Positions 1 through 11,538 of a stretch of 64,000 nucleotides of DNA are shown here, one piece after another; positions within the stretch are counted from its first letter, which is position 1, and each line of letters starts with the position of its first letter. The notes beneath the pieces are model-generated. The model saw nothing but the letters and a program-made list of their open reading frames with translations. It searched no databases and was not told where the DNA came from. The DNA is from an uncultured delta proteobacterium (GTDB lineage: Bacteria; Myxococcota; Myxococcia; Myxococcales; Anaeromyxobacteraceae), in assembly GCA_963828255.1 (NCBI GenBank), contig CAWHDZ010000038.1, positions 1 to 64,000 of the forward strand, written 5' to 3'. The translations under genes and the position numbers were made by a program.

Positions 1-597
1 GAACTTTCCCGCATATGCGAGCTTCACGAAGCCGATCAACTGCGTTCCGAAATAGGCGCACAAGTACTCACTGCGATCGAGCAGTGGCAACTGGTCCCGC
101 TTGACCTCGGCAAGAGTCTTACCATAGTGCACGAAAGCTCTCCCCTGGCGCATTGGGGAGTCGTTATTCAGGTCACAGATGTCTCTCACGAGCTCGTCGT
201 GAAGCTGTCGCACTTCGACCGACACGCCCCGCTTTTCCGCTCTCCTCACGTTCTTCCGAGTTTCCTGAGGCAGGCTCTCCCACCAGGTCTTGAAGCTCGC
301 CGTCCGTGCGGCGGCGACGCTCTCGAGGTGCATCGGATAGGAGAACCTAGGTGGTGCGGCGGGCAGCTTCTGCGCGAAAGTAAAGACATCGGCACCGCGA
401 CATCCGAATCGATGCCCCTTCAACGCGTGCACATAGACTTCGGGGTTCAACAGCTCGTCTTCAAGAAAGTCTTCATCCTTGATAACGGCCAGCCTGAGCC
501 ATGTTCCTCTCAACGCAACAACGCGGCCGTCGATCTCCACCGCTGGCACGGTATGCCAACGTCCTCCGATGCTGATCTCGACGCTCCTACCATCCAT
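1..597 (-). CDS. FemAB/GNAT-like protein of EPS loci (3'-partial, runs off window; absent from ORF track)
   Basis: Manual translation from ATG at 597 gives 199 open codons: MDGRSVEISIGGRW...WWESLPQETRKNVRRAEKRGVSVEV...LIGFVKL. The RKNVRRAEKRGV motif is typical of FemAB-like GNAT folds. Confidence 0.65.
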   Translation of the reverse strand, partial: MDGRSVEISIGGRWHTVPAVEIDGRVVALRGTWLRLAVIKDEDFLEDELLNPEVYVHALKGHRFGCRGADVFTFAQKLPAAPPRFSYPMHLESVAAARTASFKTWWESLPQETRKNVRRAEKRGVSVEVRQLHDELVRDICDLNNDSPMRQGRAFVHYGKTLAEVKRDQLPLLDRSEYLCAYFGTQLIGFVKLAYAGKF

Positions 598-1318
598 AGC
601 TTCAGGCCCGACCCTCCGGCGGCTCAACAGCCCAACTGTAACAGACACTGGCGCAAGCTACTCGGCAGTCGCCCGCATCGTGTTCACGCCTGCGCCGCTC
701 CGGCCACAATAGGGGTGCGTCGTCGGGAATCATCTAGATGTCGGGCCGGACCTCGGCGCCCGTTCGGAGTCTCATCAAGCCGCTGCAACAAGTGAGCGCG
801 TTCGCCCGAGAGCCTTCGCCTGAACAGTGCCTCACCGGAGCTCCGTGACTATTCACCGATTCTGTTGCCTCTTGATCGAGAAACCTAATGAGCGTGTGAT
901 CAGGCGCATCAGGGACGAAACGAGAGTGGCGTTGACTTCCTCAGGTCAGTCCGCACAGGGATCGAACGCGAAGCAGGGAATCGCGGAAATAGAGGTTGAG
1001 CCACGCCCGTGGGGCGTGCATGCCTTCGAAGAGTATTCGTTCATGTGAGGATGGCACTCCGAGAAGTCGAGCGTGTTCTTGCGCACATCCCCCGACGGAG
1101 TGGCAGCCCATACCGGAATTCGCTTCGAGGTCTCAGAGATGTTGCCTTGAGTCCCGCCGAGGCGATCCTGGTCCTGCGGGTACCCTAGGACGACGTTGTC
1201 TGACCCGAAGTGGGTTCCCCGCGAGCGTGCTGGCAGATTCCGAGGCCACTTCTGAGGCAGCGACTGGCGTCGGCGGAAGACAGTCACAGACGCTATCCCT
1301 TACGCTCCAACCTCTTCT

Positions 1319-3207
1319 TCACTTGATGATCCTGGGGGCGCTCGCCGGGGCTGGTGCGCCTGACCGGAGCGGTCCATAGCAGGTTGTTGCATTGAACAAT
1401 CGCACATTGTTGCTCCCGTATGCGCTGTCGACGGTAGAGCTTTCGAAGCAGACGCGTGCGGGAATCTTGTTCGCGTGGCCGGCGTAGCCCGCGATATCGC
1501 CGCTCGTCACATCGGGACCAATCGGGGGCCAGGCTACGGTTCCGAACCAGCTGGGCTTGCTCGCGTAGGCAAACGAGGCCGGCAACGTCTGAGACGCGGG
1601 CACCGCGTTGGGATAGGTCGGAATCCCGCTCGGCACCTCACTCGCCGTGCAGGGCGCAGTCGCATCGACACACCAGCGTGGGGCGTTGGTCTTCGTATCC
1701 CAGTTCCCCCAGCGGAACAGGGTACGAAGGACGTCTGGGTCATTGCCAGGATCGGAACCCGAATTGTCGCCCTTCCATCCCAATTCATAGACAGAGGTTT
1801 CCCCGGAAGCGTAGACGGTCTGATACGTATTGATGTAGTCCGTATCGCCCAGCACGTTACCGACGATGTTCATGAACCGCGCCTTGCTCTCCAGCTGGAA
1901 CATGCTGTTGCGGTTGGCGTCGGGATTGTTCTTGTGTCCGTCGAGGTGATTGCGGAAGAACGTGGTGAAGAAGTGCGGCGCGTGGATGATGTCTTCACGC
2001 GCCCCGCTCATGTTGTTTCCCTCCACGAGATTCGTCATCGTCATTCCGTGCGCGATATAGCCCGGCCCCGTGTAGAAAGAATCCGTCACGAAGTTATAGG
2101 CGAAAACGGACGCCGTCATGGGACCATTGGGCACCATCGCAGAAATGGCGTGGTGAAAAATATTGTTTTGCGTGAGCACGCTGCCGGCGACCTGTATCCG
2201 CAACTGGTAGTTGTTTATCTGAGGCGGCCCTGACGGCCCCCAGAAGTAATTGGACTCCAGCGTGACGTGAAAGGCATTGATCAACTCCAAAAGGCTGACT
2301 TGGCCGACAGCGGATTTCGCATAGACAAAGCGAACGCCTCTGATCCAACAATTCGTGCAATTGACCATCTGAATCCCGCCGGAAATCGCGGTCAAGTCAA
2401 TGGTCATGTCCTCGATGCCGCTACGCTCCAGGTCACGCTGGATGCATTGCCCCACCACGCTCCTGGGGTTCGGGAGGATCGGAAGTTGGGGAGGTAAATG
2501 GGCGGGTCGATGATGACGTTGCTGCCGCTGATGCTGGACACCTTATGGACAGTCGTCTGGGCGCGCCCATCGCGCGCAAACTGATCGCCACCTCCCTGTG
2601 AGGAGCACCCATTGGCGCCCGTTGAGCAGACATAGAGATCACCAGCGGCAGGGTAGCCGTCAGAGGCATCATCGAGTTGGTCAAGGTAGATGGTGCCGCC
2701 GGCGGCCAGCCCTGTCGTGTTACTCAATGTAATGACCGTTGTGCCCTGCGAGTATCCCGCCGTCCAGGTCGCGGTATGGTCGGGGCTATCCAAGCCTATG
2801 TTGGATGCGGCCCCACAGATCTTAATCCCGGCGTTCATCCCGATGTGGCACCCACCGACATCGCCCTTGAACACGATCTTGGTGGAATCGGCGCCGCTCC
2901 CGCGAAGCGAAACCCCTTCATCGTCGAACAGGATGCCGCCCGTAAGGGTGAATGTTCCCGGGCCAAGCAGGACATACTTCCCACTCCCACACGCCGCCAG
3001 GGCGTTGGTGATCGTTGTCGCGGCCCCACTGTACGCGGTGATGGTGGCCCCGCATTGCGTCCGGGACGACGGGATCCCGCCCTCAACACCGGCCGTGCGC
3101 CAGTCCATGGCCCTCGACGTGCTCACGATACCAGCCCACGGCTGGGCATGCGCGACCGCCGGAAGAACGGCTGCCAGGAGGCTAACAATCACAACGAAAC
3201 GGCGCAT
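1319..3207 (-). CDS. Secreted right-handed beta-helix (pectin-lyase-like) protein, frameshifted near 2430
   Basis: ORFs 2404..3249 and 1319..2458 join. Signal peptide MRRFVVIVSLLAAVLPAVAHA follows a GAGGAG RBS. VLLGPGTFTL and VSLRGSGADST N-terminal motifs and Asn-ladder repeats are present. Confidence 0.7.
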
Positions 3208-3266
3208 CTCGCTCTCCTCTTCCACTGGGGTGGTAATGGCACAACACACCAGCCGGAAATGGACTT

Positions 3267-3283
3267 AGCAAAACTCAGGCCAG
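3267..3283 (-). promoter_or_regulatory. Putative sigma-54 promoter (-24/-12) for the beta-helix gene
   Basis: Minus strand CTGGCCTGAGTTTTGCT gives GG-N10-GC with TGGC...TTGC, 60 nt upstream of the ATG at 3207. Confidence 0.45.
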
Positions 3284-3844
3284 CCGCTTGTCGCCAGGAA
3301 GAACAGCGAGATGCCGTCCAACGCCGGGAACGGCCAATCCGGAGCCGACGACCCACGGGCCTGAGGAAGCAGCCCGCCTTGTGACGCCTCGACGCACTGA
3401 AGGGCGAGCGGGCGCGCCGTCCTGCCGGATGGCGTTCCGAACTGGACGGCGTAACAACTACACGAATCCGCTGCAAAGACGACACAGGCCAGGGCACCAC
3501 AGGCGAAACGGGTGAGGCGAAGGCGCGGCCGCCTACCGCTATCGTCGGAAGGTGGAGACGGGGTCCTGTCTAGAGGCTCCCAAGCTTGGCTGAACGCGAG
3601 CCCTGCCACGCGAGACTGCCCCTTGTCGCGGGGAGGGGCGGTGAGCAAGGACCTCTCTCCTGGCTCACGACGGTTGGACCGGCCAGAAGCGACGAGGATT
3701 CTGTTCGGGGCCGAACACTATTGTAATTGACGGCTTCCCCGCCGCCGGCCCCTCGCGCAAGTCAATCGCGCTCATGGTTCAGCGCTCAATCGTGTGCCGA
3801 CCGAGAGGCCGGCAGCGCTTCTCTTCAGCATCAGTTCGTGGGCT

Positions 3845-4951
3845 TCAGACCGTGAACGCGGTCTCGCTCTGGGCTGGCTGCCTGACCTGATGGAAGATCT
3901 GCTCCATGATGTATGCGGTGAGCACTATCTCACGGTAAGGGATCGGCAAAGGCGTTCCCTCCCTAATCGAAGCGTAGAAGGACTCGATCAAGCACTTCAA
4001 ACCCGCCTTTGGGTGGAAGTCGTTCGTGAGGAATCTCTTCGCGTTCGCCGCGACGTTGCCGAGATACTGCTTGGAAAGGACCAAGGGCGACACGGAATGC
4101 TCCGCATAGCTCTTGTACCTTTTCCCATTCAGGCGGACGAGCGTCTCGTTGTCCTGATCGAGCAACAGGCCGTTGCGATGTCCATAAATCCTGAACTGGT
4201 GGAGCGACGGTCGCATCTGGCTCGAGAAGGTGAAGTAGGCCGTTGTCGCATTTTCATCAGCGACGATGACTCGCAGTTCGTCCACGATCGACTTCTCGCC
4301 CATACGTGTCAGCATCGGACTCACGAAACCATGCGCGATAACCCTGGGGCTATCGCCCGATAGAAACTCGGCAATCCTCGCGATTCCGTGGCTGATGATG
4401 TTGTGCAATAGCTGGCCCGGCAACTTGCGCACCCAGTGGTTCTTGTCACCCAATAGCGCTCTGGCGTACGCACCCGTTTCCGCGAGCTCGTAGCAGTAGT
4501 AGCTTTCCATGTGCACGGGCGCTCCGCCCAGGTATCCGTCCTTCACCAAGTGCCGCAGGCGTCTCGCCACGTGGCGGAATTGATCGTCATGGCCGACCGT
4601 CAGCTTCACATTCCTGCTGCCGGCCAGACGCGTCAGTTGCCGTGCGTCCTCCGTGCACAACGTGAACGGCTTCTCGACGTAGACGTTGCAGCCTTCCTCC
4701 AGACATTGCGAGGCAATCTCGAAGTGACTTTCCGGCGGAGTCGTGATGTGAACGACGTCGGGGGAGGTCGAGTGCAACAGGGCGGTCAGGTCAGAATAGG
4801 TGTTCGATATGTTGAAGCGCTCCGCCAGCTGCCGCGCCATCAACTCCTCCTGGTCGCAGACGCCGACGATTTCGCATCCCCCGACTCTCCGAATCTGGGT
4901 GGCATGATCGTCCGCAATCTTGCCACAGCCGACTATCGCGACCTTAAGCAC
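3845..4951 (-). CDS. Gfo/Idh/MocA family oxidoreductase
   Basis: KVAIVGCGKIA Rossmann motif, TPPESH and VYVEKP motifs. Confidence 0.9.
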   Translation of the reverse strand: MLKVAIVGCGKIADDHATQIRRVGGCEIVGVCDQEELMARQLAERFNISNTYSDLTALLHSTSPDVVHITTPPESHFEIASQCLEEGCNVYVEKPFTLCTEDARQLTRLAGSRNVKLTVGHDDQFRHVARRLRHLVKDGYLGGAPVHMESYYCYELAETGAYARALLGDKNHWVRKLPGQLLHNIISHGIARIAEFLSGDSPRVIAHGFVSPMLTRMGEKSIVDELRVIVADENATTAYFTFSSQMRPSLHQFRIYGHRNGLLLDQDNETLVRLNGKRYKSYAEHSVSPLVLSKQYLGNVAANAKRFLTNDFHPKAGLKCLIESFYASIREGTPLPIPYREIVLTAYIMEQIFHQVRQPAQSETAFTV

Positions 4952-6007
4952 GATCCACCTGCTCTCGACACGCCGCGAAATACCGTGCCAGTCCCTCCTC
5001 GGTAGCCACGGTCTGTTTCCAGCCCAAACGCGCCTTCAGCTTGGCGTTCGAATAGTGCGTCCTCTTCCAGTACGCATGCCAACCGCGCCAGCTGAACCGG
5101 GGCGGCAACTGTCCCTCGGACCACTTCGAGTACTGTTCCCACAAGCAACACAAGGCGTAACTGGCAAGATGTGGCACGTAGATTGACCCGAAGCGGCGTA
5201 CGTTCTTTTTGTATCGCCGCAAGAATCGCCTGCTCGAAGGCAGATCGTCATCCACCACATTGAAGACCTCACCCTCGATTCCGGGGGTCAGGCCAGCCAG
5301 AACGATCGCCTCCGCGCAGTTGTCGACGTATGTCAGCGGAACGGCGTTCGAGCCGCCCAGGTGCATGAAGAAGCCGAAGGTGTCGATGCCGACTCGGTTG
5401 GAGATGGCTTCGCTACCCGGGCCATAGACCCAGCCCGGTCGGACGATCACGTGCGGGATGCCGTGCGTCACACCGGTACTCGGCAACGATTTCATCCTGC
5501 TTGGTCTTTCCGTCACATGTATGGATCGCCGCGCTCCCACGGTCGTGTCTCTATGGGACACGACTCGTCCAATAGGCGCCTTCGCGGTTTGTCTCTGTTT
5601 GAGTAGACGGAAAAAGAACTGACGTTGACGAATCTCCTGAGACATCCATGCTCGATGGCTGCTCGAAGCAGATTGCGCGTCGTGACAGCCGAGTTCATGA
5701 AGGCGTCGGCGAACATGTCACCTCTGCCGGCGGCCAGATGGTAGATCAGTACGGCGCCGTGTGTCGCACGAGCGCAATCCTGCGGCGAGGTGAGATTCCC
5801 ACCCAACAGTTCCACGTATTCTGCGGCCCCGTGGCCTCGCACCAGCTCCTCGAATGTGGTCGGAACCACGAGCGAGCGCACTATGCATCTCACGTGTCGG
5901 TGGCCACGCCGCAAGAGGTTGTCTAACACTCGCAGACCGATGAAGCCGGTAGCTCCTGTTAGAAGGACCAGGTCGTTGGGACCTGCGGTCGCTGGTTCGC
6001 TTTGCAT
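4944..6007 (-). CDS. NAD-dependent epimerase/dehydratase, frameshifted near 5470-5520
   Basis: LLTGATGFIG, HLAA, VSSFSVY in the 5' ORF; IVRPGWVYGPG, YVDNCAEA, GEVFNV in the 3' ORF. Confidence 0.8.
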
Positions 6008-6130
6008 GGCACGCTCACGAGTGACTTGGGTACTCAGCGCACGGGACCAACATACCTCAGTTCGGAAGTCACTACCCAGGCTCAAGCTTCGGCAGAACAG
6101 GCGGGCTAGGAGATCGGAGGCGGCGTATTT

Positions 6131-7594
6131 TCACGCTGCCGGGCTAGGCCTCTCAAGACAAGGAGATAGACGGGCTTCTGATTGAACCCGAAGAGCAGAA
6201 CCAGCCAGTACGGTACTGAAGAACAAGCCCGCCTCGGCAACCAGGCGCAGGTAGACCAAGTCAACCGACCTGAGCGGCCTGCCGGCCGTCACGACCGTGA
6301 TCGCCCCGGCAACGATCGCCAGCAGTGACGGGGTTACCGCTCTGACGAGGTCCTTTGTGCTTATCGGCGTGCCGTGGGTCGCCCACACAACCAGTGGCGC
6401 CAGCAGCAACACCATCGCTACTGAGAAACCGAGCGCCACTCCCTCAGGGCCGTGCCTCAGACCGAGCGCGTACCCCGCGACGACCGTCGGAGCTATCACC
6501 GCCGCCATCTGCAGGCTTCGCGACACCCGGCCCGTCGCGAAGAGTACCCAGCCGACCGGGGCAAATAGCGTGAGGTACAAGCGTCATCGGGACGAGCCGC
6601 CTGAAGACCGGCGCCGCCTCCATCCATCTGACGCCGAGAAAGACGCCAATGATGTCCTCGGCGAACAGGCCGCACGCGAGAATCACGGGCAGCGCCAACG
6701 CTGCGAACAGGCTGTAGGCCTGAAGGAAGTAGCTGCGTAAGCGTGCCGGTTCATTCTGCAACCGCGACAACGCGGGGAACGCCACCTGCGACACCGTTGC
6801 GGTGAGGCTCTCGTTCGGGAGGTTGATGGCTGGTACGCGCGCCCGTAGACGCCGAGCGCGTCTGCGCCCCAGTAGCGGCCCAGCAGGACCTTGTCAAGAT
6901 TGTACGCCACGTACACCACCAGCCCATTCAGCGTCACGGTGCCGCCGAACCAGAGCATCGATCGCACGCCGGAATGGCGCACCGGCCTGCCGGGAATCCA
7001 GCGCGTTGCGAGCCACATTCCTGCGGTACCGACGATCTGAGGGCACACGGTCAGCACGACCAGGGCCCAGGATCCGCCCCCTGACGCGGCCGTGCCAATG
7101 CCGGCCGCGACACCGATCACCAGCGCTACGGTGTCGATCACCCCAAGAGTACCGAAGCGCATGCCACGCTGCAGGATCGCCCGATGCTGAGCCCCGGCAC
7201 CCATGAAGACGAACCCCGCTCCGACCGCCATGGTCAAGCTCAAGAGACGGGGCTCTGCATAGAACCCAACCAGGAGGGGAGCCGCCAATACACACGCTGT
7301 CGCTAGCAGTGTGCCTACGCCTATGTTCACCCAGAAGAGCGTGGAAAGCTGATCGTTGCTCACGGAGGCACGAGTGACCGACGCTAGAGAGAGACCAAAA
7401 TCGCGAAAAAGGCTGAGAACGCCCGTAAAAGCAACGACCATCCCGAACAGTCCGAAGTCCCTCGGGAACAACAAGCGCGACATGGCGACCATGGACACTG
7501 TTCGGATCACGAACGCCGCGCCCTGGGCCATCCCGGAAGCGAGAGCTCCGCGGAGCGTCCTGCGTTTCAGGTCGCGAGCTTCGTGTTCCAGCAA
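6131..7594 (-). CDS. Polysaccharide flippase (WzxC/PST family), frameshifted near 6830 and 6580
   Basis: RLLFPRDFGLFGM, FRDFGL, LSTLFW, NLDKVLLGR...ALGVYGRAY and VAFPALSRLQ motifs across three consecutive ORFs; multiple TM helices. Confidence 0.8.
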
Positions 7595-7706
7595 CGGGGT
7601 CTCTTCTGGACGGAAGGCAGGGGGTGCCGTTCGGAAGGAACGTGCAACGTCAATGCAATCACTCTGGCGGCTGCGGCGACTCCAGTCCAGACTGAAGAAC
7701 GTCCAG

Positions 7707-8135
7707 TCACGCTTCCCGGATCGAACCCGCTCCTTCACTGCGAGAGGATCTCGGGTCCACTCTCTCCAGCCAGATTTCGCGCCAGTAAGGGTGAATGCTG
7801 CGCGGGCAGAACATGCGGCACCTGGCGTACTTGGCCTGGCACACGACTGAATCCAGGATGATGCACGGGTTCTTCATGTCCCGAATGGTCCCCGTCCTCT
7901 CGTCGATTATCTTGGACACTCGCTTGAGGACGGCGTAGGTACCGCCGCAATACGGGACCATTTCTGCGTCCCAACCCATGCCTCGATTCCTCCGGTCGAC
8001 GTTCAGCGTTCGGAGGATCTCTTTATGCGGCTTCACCCGTACCAATTCACCTGGTTGGAGGTCAAGCGTCTCGGTGGGTGTGGGTCGGCCTTCGGGGATG
8101 TCTCCGGTCTTGGTAGGGAAGTGCGTCCCGCCGAG
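7707..8135 (-). pseudogene. 3' fragment of a conserved Cys-rich hypothetical protein of EPS loci (5' end cut at junction)
   Basis: LQPGELVRVK..EILRTL...NRGM..DAEM.PYCG...CPRSIHPYWREIWLERV; abuts an unrelated N-terminus at ~8135. Confidence 0.55.
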
Positions 8136-8360
8136 CACGATCGCGTCCTGCTGCGGGTCGAAATTCTCGCCGCGCCCGAAAACCGAGGTGGCAATGCTGT
8201 AAGCCTTGATCCGGTCGTCGCGCCCCGCAAGCGTTTCTTCGACGACGTATTCAAGGAACCGGCGGTTCCTGTCCGACGCATCGAACTCGGGGCTGGACAG
8301 GATACGTTGCAGCTCCGACCGGATGGCCTGCGGTTCGCATCCAAAGTTCTTCTCGGCCAT
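8136..8360 (-). pseudogene. 5' fragment of an alphaproteobacterial adenylate-cyclase/TolB-TPR type regulator
   Basis: LQRILSSPEFDASDRNRRFLEYVVEETLAGR..RIKAYSIATSVFGR..NFDPQQDAIV, cut just before the expected R.EA.RLR continuation. Confidence 0.65.
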
Positions 8361-8570
8361 CTTGCACCTTACAAAGGACGGCAGAACCCGGACCAATCAG
8401 CCGGATTGCCTTCCCTTCGCCTATCAGGACAGGGCGCGACTTCGATTTGATCTATATCATGATATTGGCTTTCGTGCATCCCGACACAGACCGACAAGCC
8501 GCGGCGTCGGGCATCAGCGGCGCTGTAACGGTTACGTACTTCCAGATCGCGAAGCGCACGATCTACTCGG

Positions 8571-8867
8571 ATGCAACGGTGCGAGGGACCCCTTGGCGCA
8601 TCCAATTCGACCCAAACCGGACTTTCCCGCGTCATCGCCAGATACCCTGAGCAGACCGCGTTGATCCGACGTTTGCTCTTGCGCGGAGCCGTCGTTCCGG
8701 AGGTCTGCGAGGTTTTCCTGTTTCTGCTTGATACGCTGGCCGGGTTCGAAAGCCGCACTAATCCCCTCTCTGCCGCCGAGCAGGAGGACTACTCGCGATT
8801 GCGCACTGAACTTGAACTCGAGATCACCCGCCGACTTCTGTCCTCGGACGAAAGCCGTCGCTCATGA
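8571..8867 (+). CDS. Small helical hypothetical protein (start uncertain)
   Basis: GL.RVIARYP...IRRL...EVCE...L..FE...EDYSRL..ELELEI pattern; divergent from the regulator fragment. Confidence 0.4.
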   Translation: MQRCEGPLGASNSTQTGLSRVIARYPEQTALIRRLLLRGAVVPEVCEVFLFLLDTLAGFESRTNPLSAAEQEDYSRLRTELELEITRRLLSSDESRRS

Positions 8868-9065
8868 CCGCCGATCGCGCGCCAAGCGATGGCATGTGAA
8901 CCCGCGCAGGGTTTTTCCCTTAGCTGCGATTGGAGTTCCGTCCTACAAGGCGCGGACAATGGTGAGGGCCCGACTGAACAAGCGAGACAGGTTGGAACCG
9001 GCCGTCGAGACACCTTCAGCGGATTGGCCATCGGCCCAAAGGATCTTGCGACAGAAACGCCACGA

Positions 9066-10035
9066 TTACTGAATTTCGGGCCCCAGGACGGCATCGAAGG
9101 CGGCCTTGGCGCCGGGATGCAGCGGGGCGGTCAAGCCAGACCGTCTCATCGCTGCGGGTTCCAGATGTGCCAGGACAGGTGCCTTTCGGGCAAGAAGCGG
9201 AAGATTTTCCAGCGTGTCCCGCACCAAAGTCTCGACCAGCGCCGGATCGGTCGAGGCCTTGGTCACGAGGGTCGCGATCACTGCGACAGTTGGAATGTCA
9301 GTCGGCAAATCGCTATAAACGTCCGTCCGAATGATCGCCGGTTGCATGTCTGGGCTTCCAAGAATGATTGCGCCGCGCTCTTTTGGCGTCAGCGGCACAA
9401 GCTTCGCACCGCACTCGGATAGAGTACGCGCAACGCCGCCATTCGGGTGCCCGACGACGAGCAATGTCGCATCTATCGTTCCCTGGCAGATTGCGTCCAT
9501 TGCAACACCGGAGGGAAGCTCGGACACCGCCCCGAAGTCGGCAGGAACGAAACCGAGTGTCGACAGGACCCGATCGACCGTTCCCCGCCGACCGGAAGCG
9601 GGCGGCCCGATATCGACACGCTTGTCCTTCAAGTCGTTGAATGCGGTGATGCCGCTGTCACCGCGCGCGAGGATGGTCAGCGATTCACCATAGAGCGACA
9701 TGACGCTTCGTAGATCGTCCATCGGGCCAGTGGCTTCATATGGCCCTGTGCCCTCGAAAAGTTCGCGATGCCAGTCGGACTGTGCATAGGCAAAGTCGAG
9801 TCTCCCCCGACTGCAGGGCTTTCAGATTGTACATCGAGCCGGACGTCGGGTCGGGACTGCAGCGGAGGACGCCTTCTTCGGACCTGTTCACGATGTCACA
9901 GATGGCGGCGGCAGATGAATAGTAGTTACCCGCGACATCCCCGGAGCCAATCGTAAAGAGCGATAATTCCTGTGCCTCGGCACAGCCCGCAGATGCAAGC
10001 AGGGCGATGGCATAAAGGTCTAGACGCATCGGCAT
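9066..10035 (-). CDS. TAXI family TRAP transporter solute-binding protein, frameshifted near 9780
   Basis: Signal peptide, TIGSG...GNYY, TSGSMYNL, DLRSVMSLY.E, LKDKRV.IG...SG and PLHPGA motifs. Confidence 0.85.
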
Positions 10036-10201
10036 GGCTCCGAAAAGTGGGCACCGTCCGGTCGATGTTAGATCACCGGCAACCTCTCCAAGCAACGGGG
10101 TGCCCCGGACCCGCTTGAACAAATGTTCCCGATTGTCTGCTGCTGTCTTCGCGTCCATTGTCGCGTCGATACAGCGCCCCGTCCAACGCAGCAGGCGGCA
10201 G

Positions 10202-11002
10202 ATGCCCGATTTCATTTTCTCCACGCCGACCCAGACGCTGGCGATCTATTTTTCCCTCATTTCCGTCGCGGCGATGTTCTTCGGGATTATCTTCGTCAAG
10301 CCGATCTTGCGCTTGCTCATCGGCTCGGGGCCAGACTTCAACCAGAGCCTCAGCTACGCGACCTCCAGCTTCAGCTTGTTCTATGGCCTGCTCCTCGGAT
10401 TGCTGACGGTGGCAGCCTATCAGAACAACCAGCACGTCCAGGAGGGGGTCATGAACGAGGCGTCGGCCCTCGGTGCACTCTACTCTGACATGGGCTCCTA
10501 TCCTGAACCGCTCCGCGGCGAGATGAAGAGCATGATGCGCGACTATGTGCTCTTCACGATCTACAAGGATTGGCCCGCACATCGGGAGGGTGGCTTCCTC
10601 GACGGTGGGTTCAATCGCGCCGATGCGATGCGTCAGAAGCTCGCGAGTTTTGAACCGACTACGACCGGACAGGGGATCGTCCATGCGGAAGTGATCAATT
10701 CCTTCCAGCGATTCAGCGAGGCCCGACAGCAGCGGCTGTCCGGCGTCACCCTGCAGATCCCGAATGTGCTGTGGTACGCCGTCCTGGTGGGCGCGGTGAC
10801 AAGCGTTCTGCTGATCGTCCTGCTCAAGATGCGGGTGCTCCAACAGTTTGTTCTTGGCACGATCAGTGCGTTTTTCCTCGGCGTGATCCTGTTTGTGATC
10901 GTCGTGCTGGACCGACCGTTGAGGGGAGAAGCCGGGCTCGATCCCGAACCGCTGCAGCTCGTCTGGGAGCGGCAGATGGTCTGGGACGAACCGCTGAAGT
11001 AG
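10202..11002 (+). CDS. DUF4239/bestrophin-like membrane protein
   Basis: YGLLLGLL.VAAY, EASAL..LY, MRDY...DWP and LDRP..GE motifs; about 4 TM helices. Confidence 0.7.
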   Translation: MPDFIFSTPTQTLAIYFSLISVAAMFFGIIFVKPILRLLIGSGPDFNQSLSYATSSFSLFYGLLLGLLTVAAYQNNQHVQEGVMNEASALGALYSDMGSYPEPLRGEMKSMMRDYVLFTIYKDWPAHREGGFLDGGFNRADAMRQKLASFEPTTTGQGIVHAEVINSFQRFSEARQQRLSGVTLQIPNVLWYAVLVGAVTSVLLIVLLKMRVLQQFVLGTISAFFLGVILFVIVVLDRPLRGEAGLDPEPLQLVWERQMVWDEPLK

Positions 11003-11011
11003 GGGTGCTGG

Positions 11012-11538
11012 ATGGCCGAATTTTCGATCCGCGAAGTGGAAGGCATGCGACAGGTTCGCATGGACATCCGGGATGAGACTGTGCGCGCCCGCAAAGGCGC
11101 GATGTCGAACATGCGCGGTGAGATCAAGCTTATCCCGCGTCTTCCGGGCGCCCGCGACATCTTCCGGACCATGTTTACCAATGAGGGTTCGATCCGTCCT
11201 TACTACGTGGGGACCGGTTCGATACTGTTGCAGCCATCCCTCGGTGGTTATCACCTGCTGGATGTCGTCGAAGGCGAAACATGGATACTGGAACCTGGGG
11301 TGTTCTGGGCGTGTGAGGGCAACGTCAAACTCGGCATGACGCGAGATCCGTTCTGGTCAAGCTTCTGGGCAGGCGACGGTTTCTTCTCATGGAAAACGCT
11401 GCTCTCCGCGGTTCGAGGACGCGCGGCAATCAACGCGCCCGGTCCGGTAGAGACGGTTGAAATCAACGACGCCGAGATGCGTGTTCAAGGCAGACTTGTC
11501 CTTGGCCGAACGTCAGGGCTGCACTTCTCGTCGCAGCG
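11012..11538 (+). pseudogene. AIM24 family protein, 3' truncated at junction
   Basis: ETVRARKGAM..M.G, RPYY.GTG.I.L.P and GDGF motifs; similarity and codon style stop at ~11538. Confidence 0.7.

Noticed and set aside
127..795. 222-aa plus-strand ORF
   Set aside because: Overlaps a minus-strand frame (597 to 1) with a recognisable motif and better protein-like composition.
3290..3840. Riboswitch or small ORFs in the long intergenic region
   Set aside because: No recognisable riboswitch consensus by eye and the ORFs lack coding features; an Rfam scan would be needed.
7707..8396. Genuine novel two-domain fusion protein
   Set aside because: Both halves are cut mid-domain and the DNA on each side looks taxonomically different; treated as a junction.
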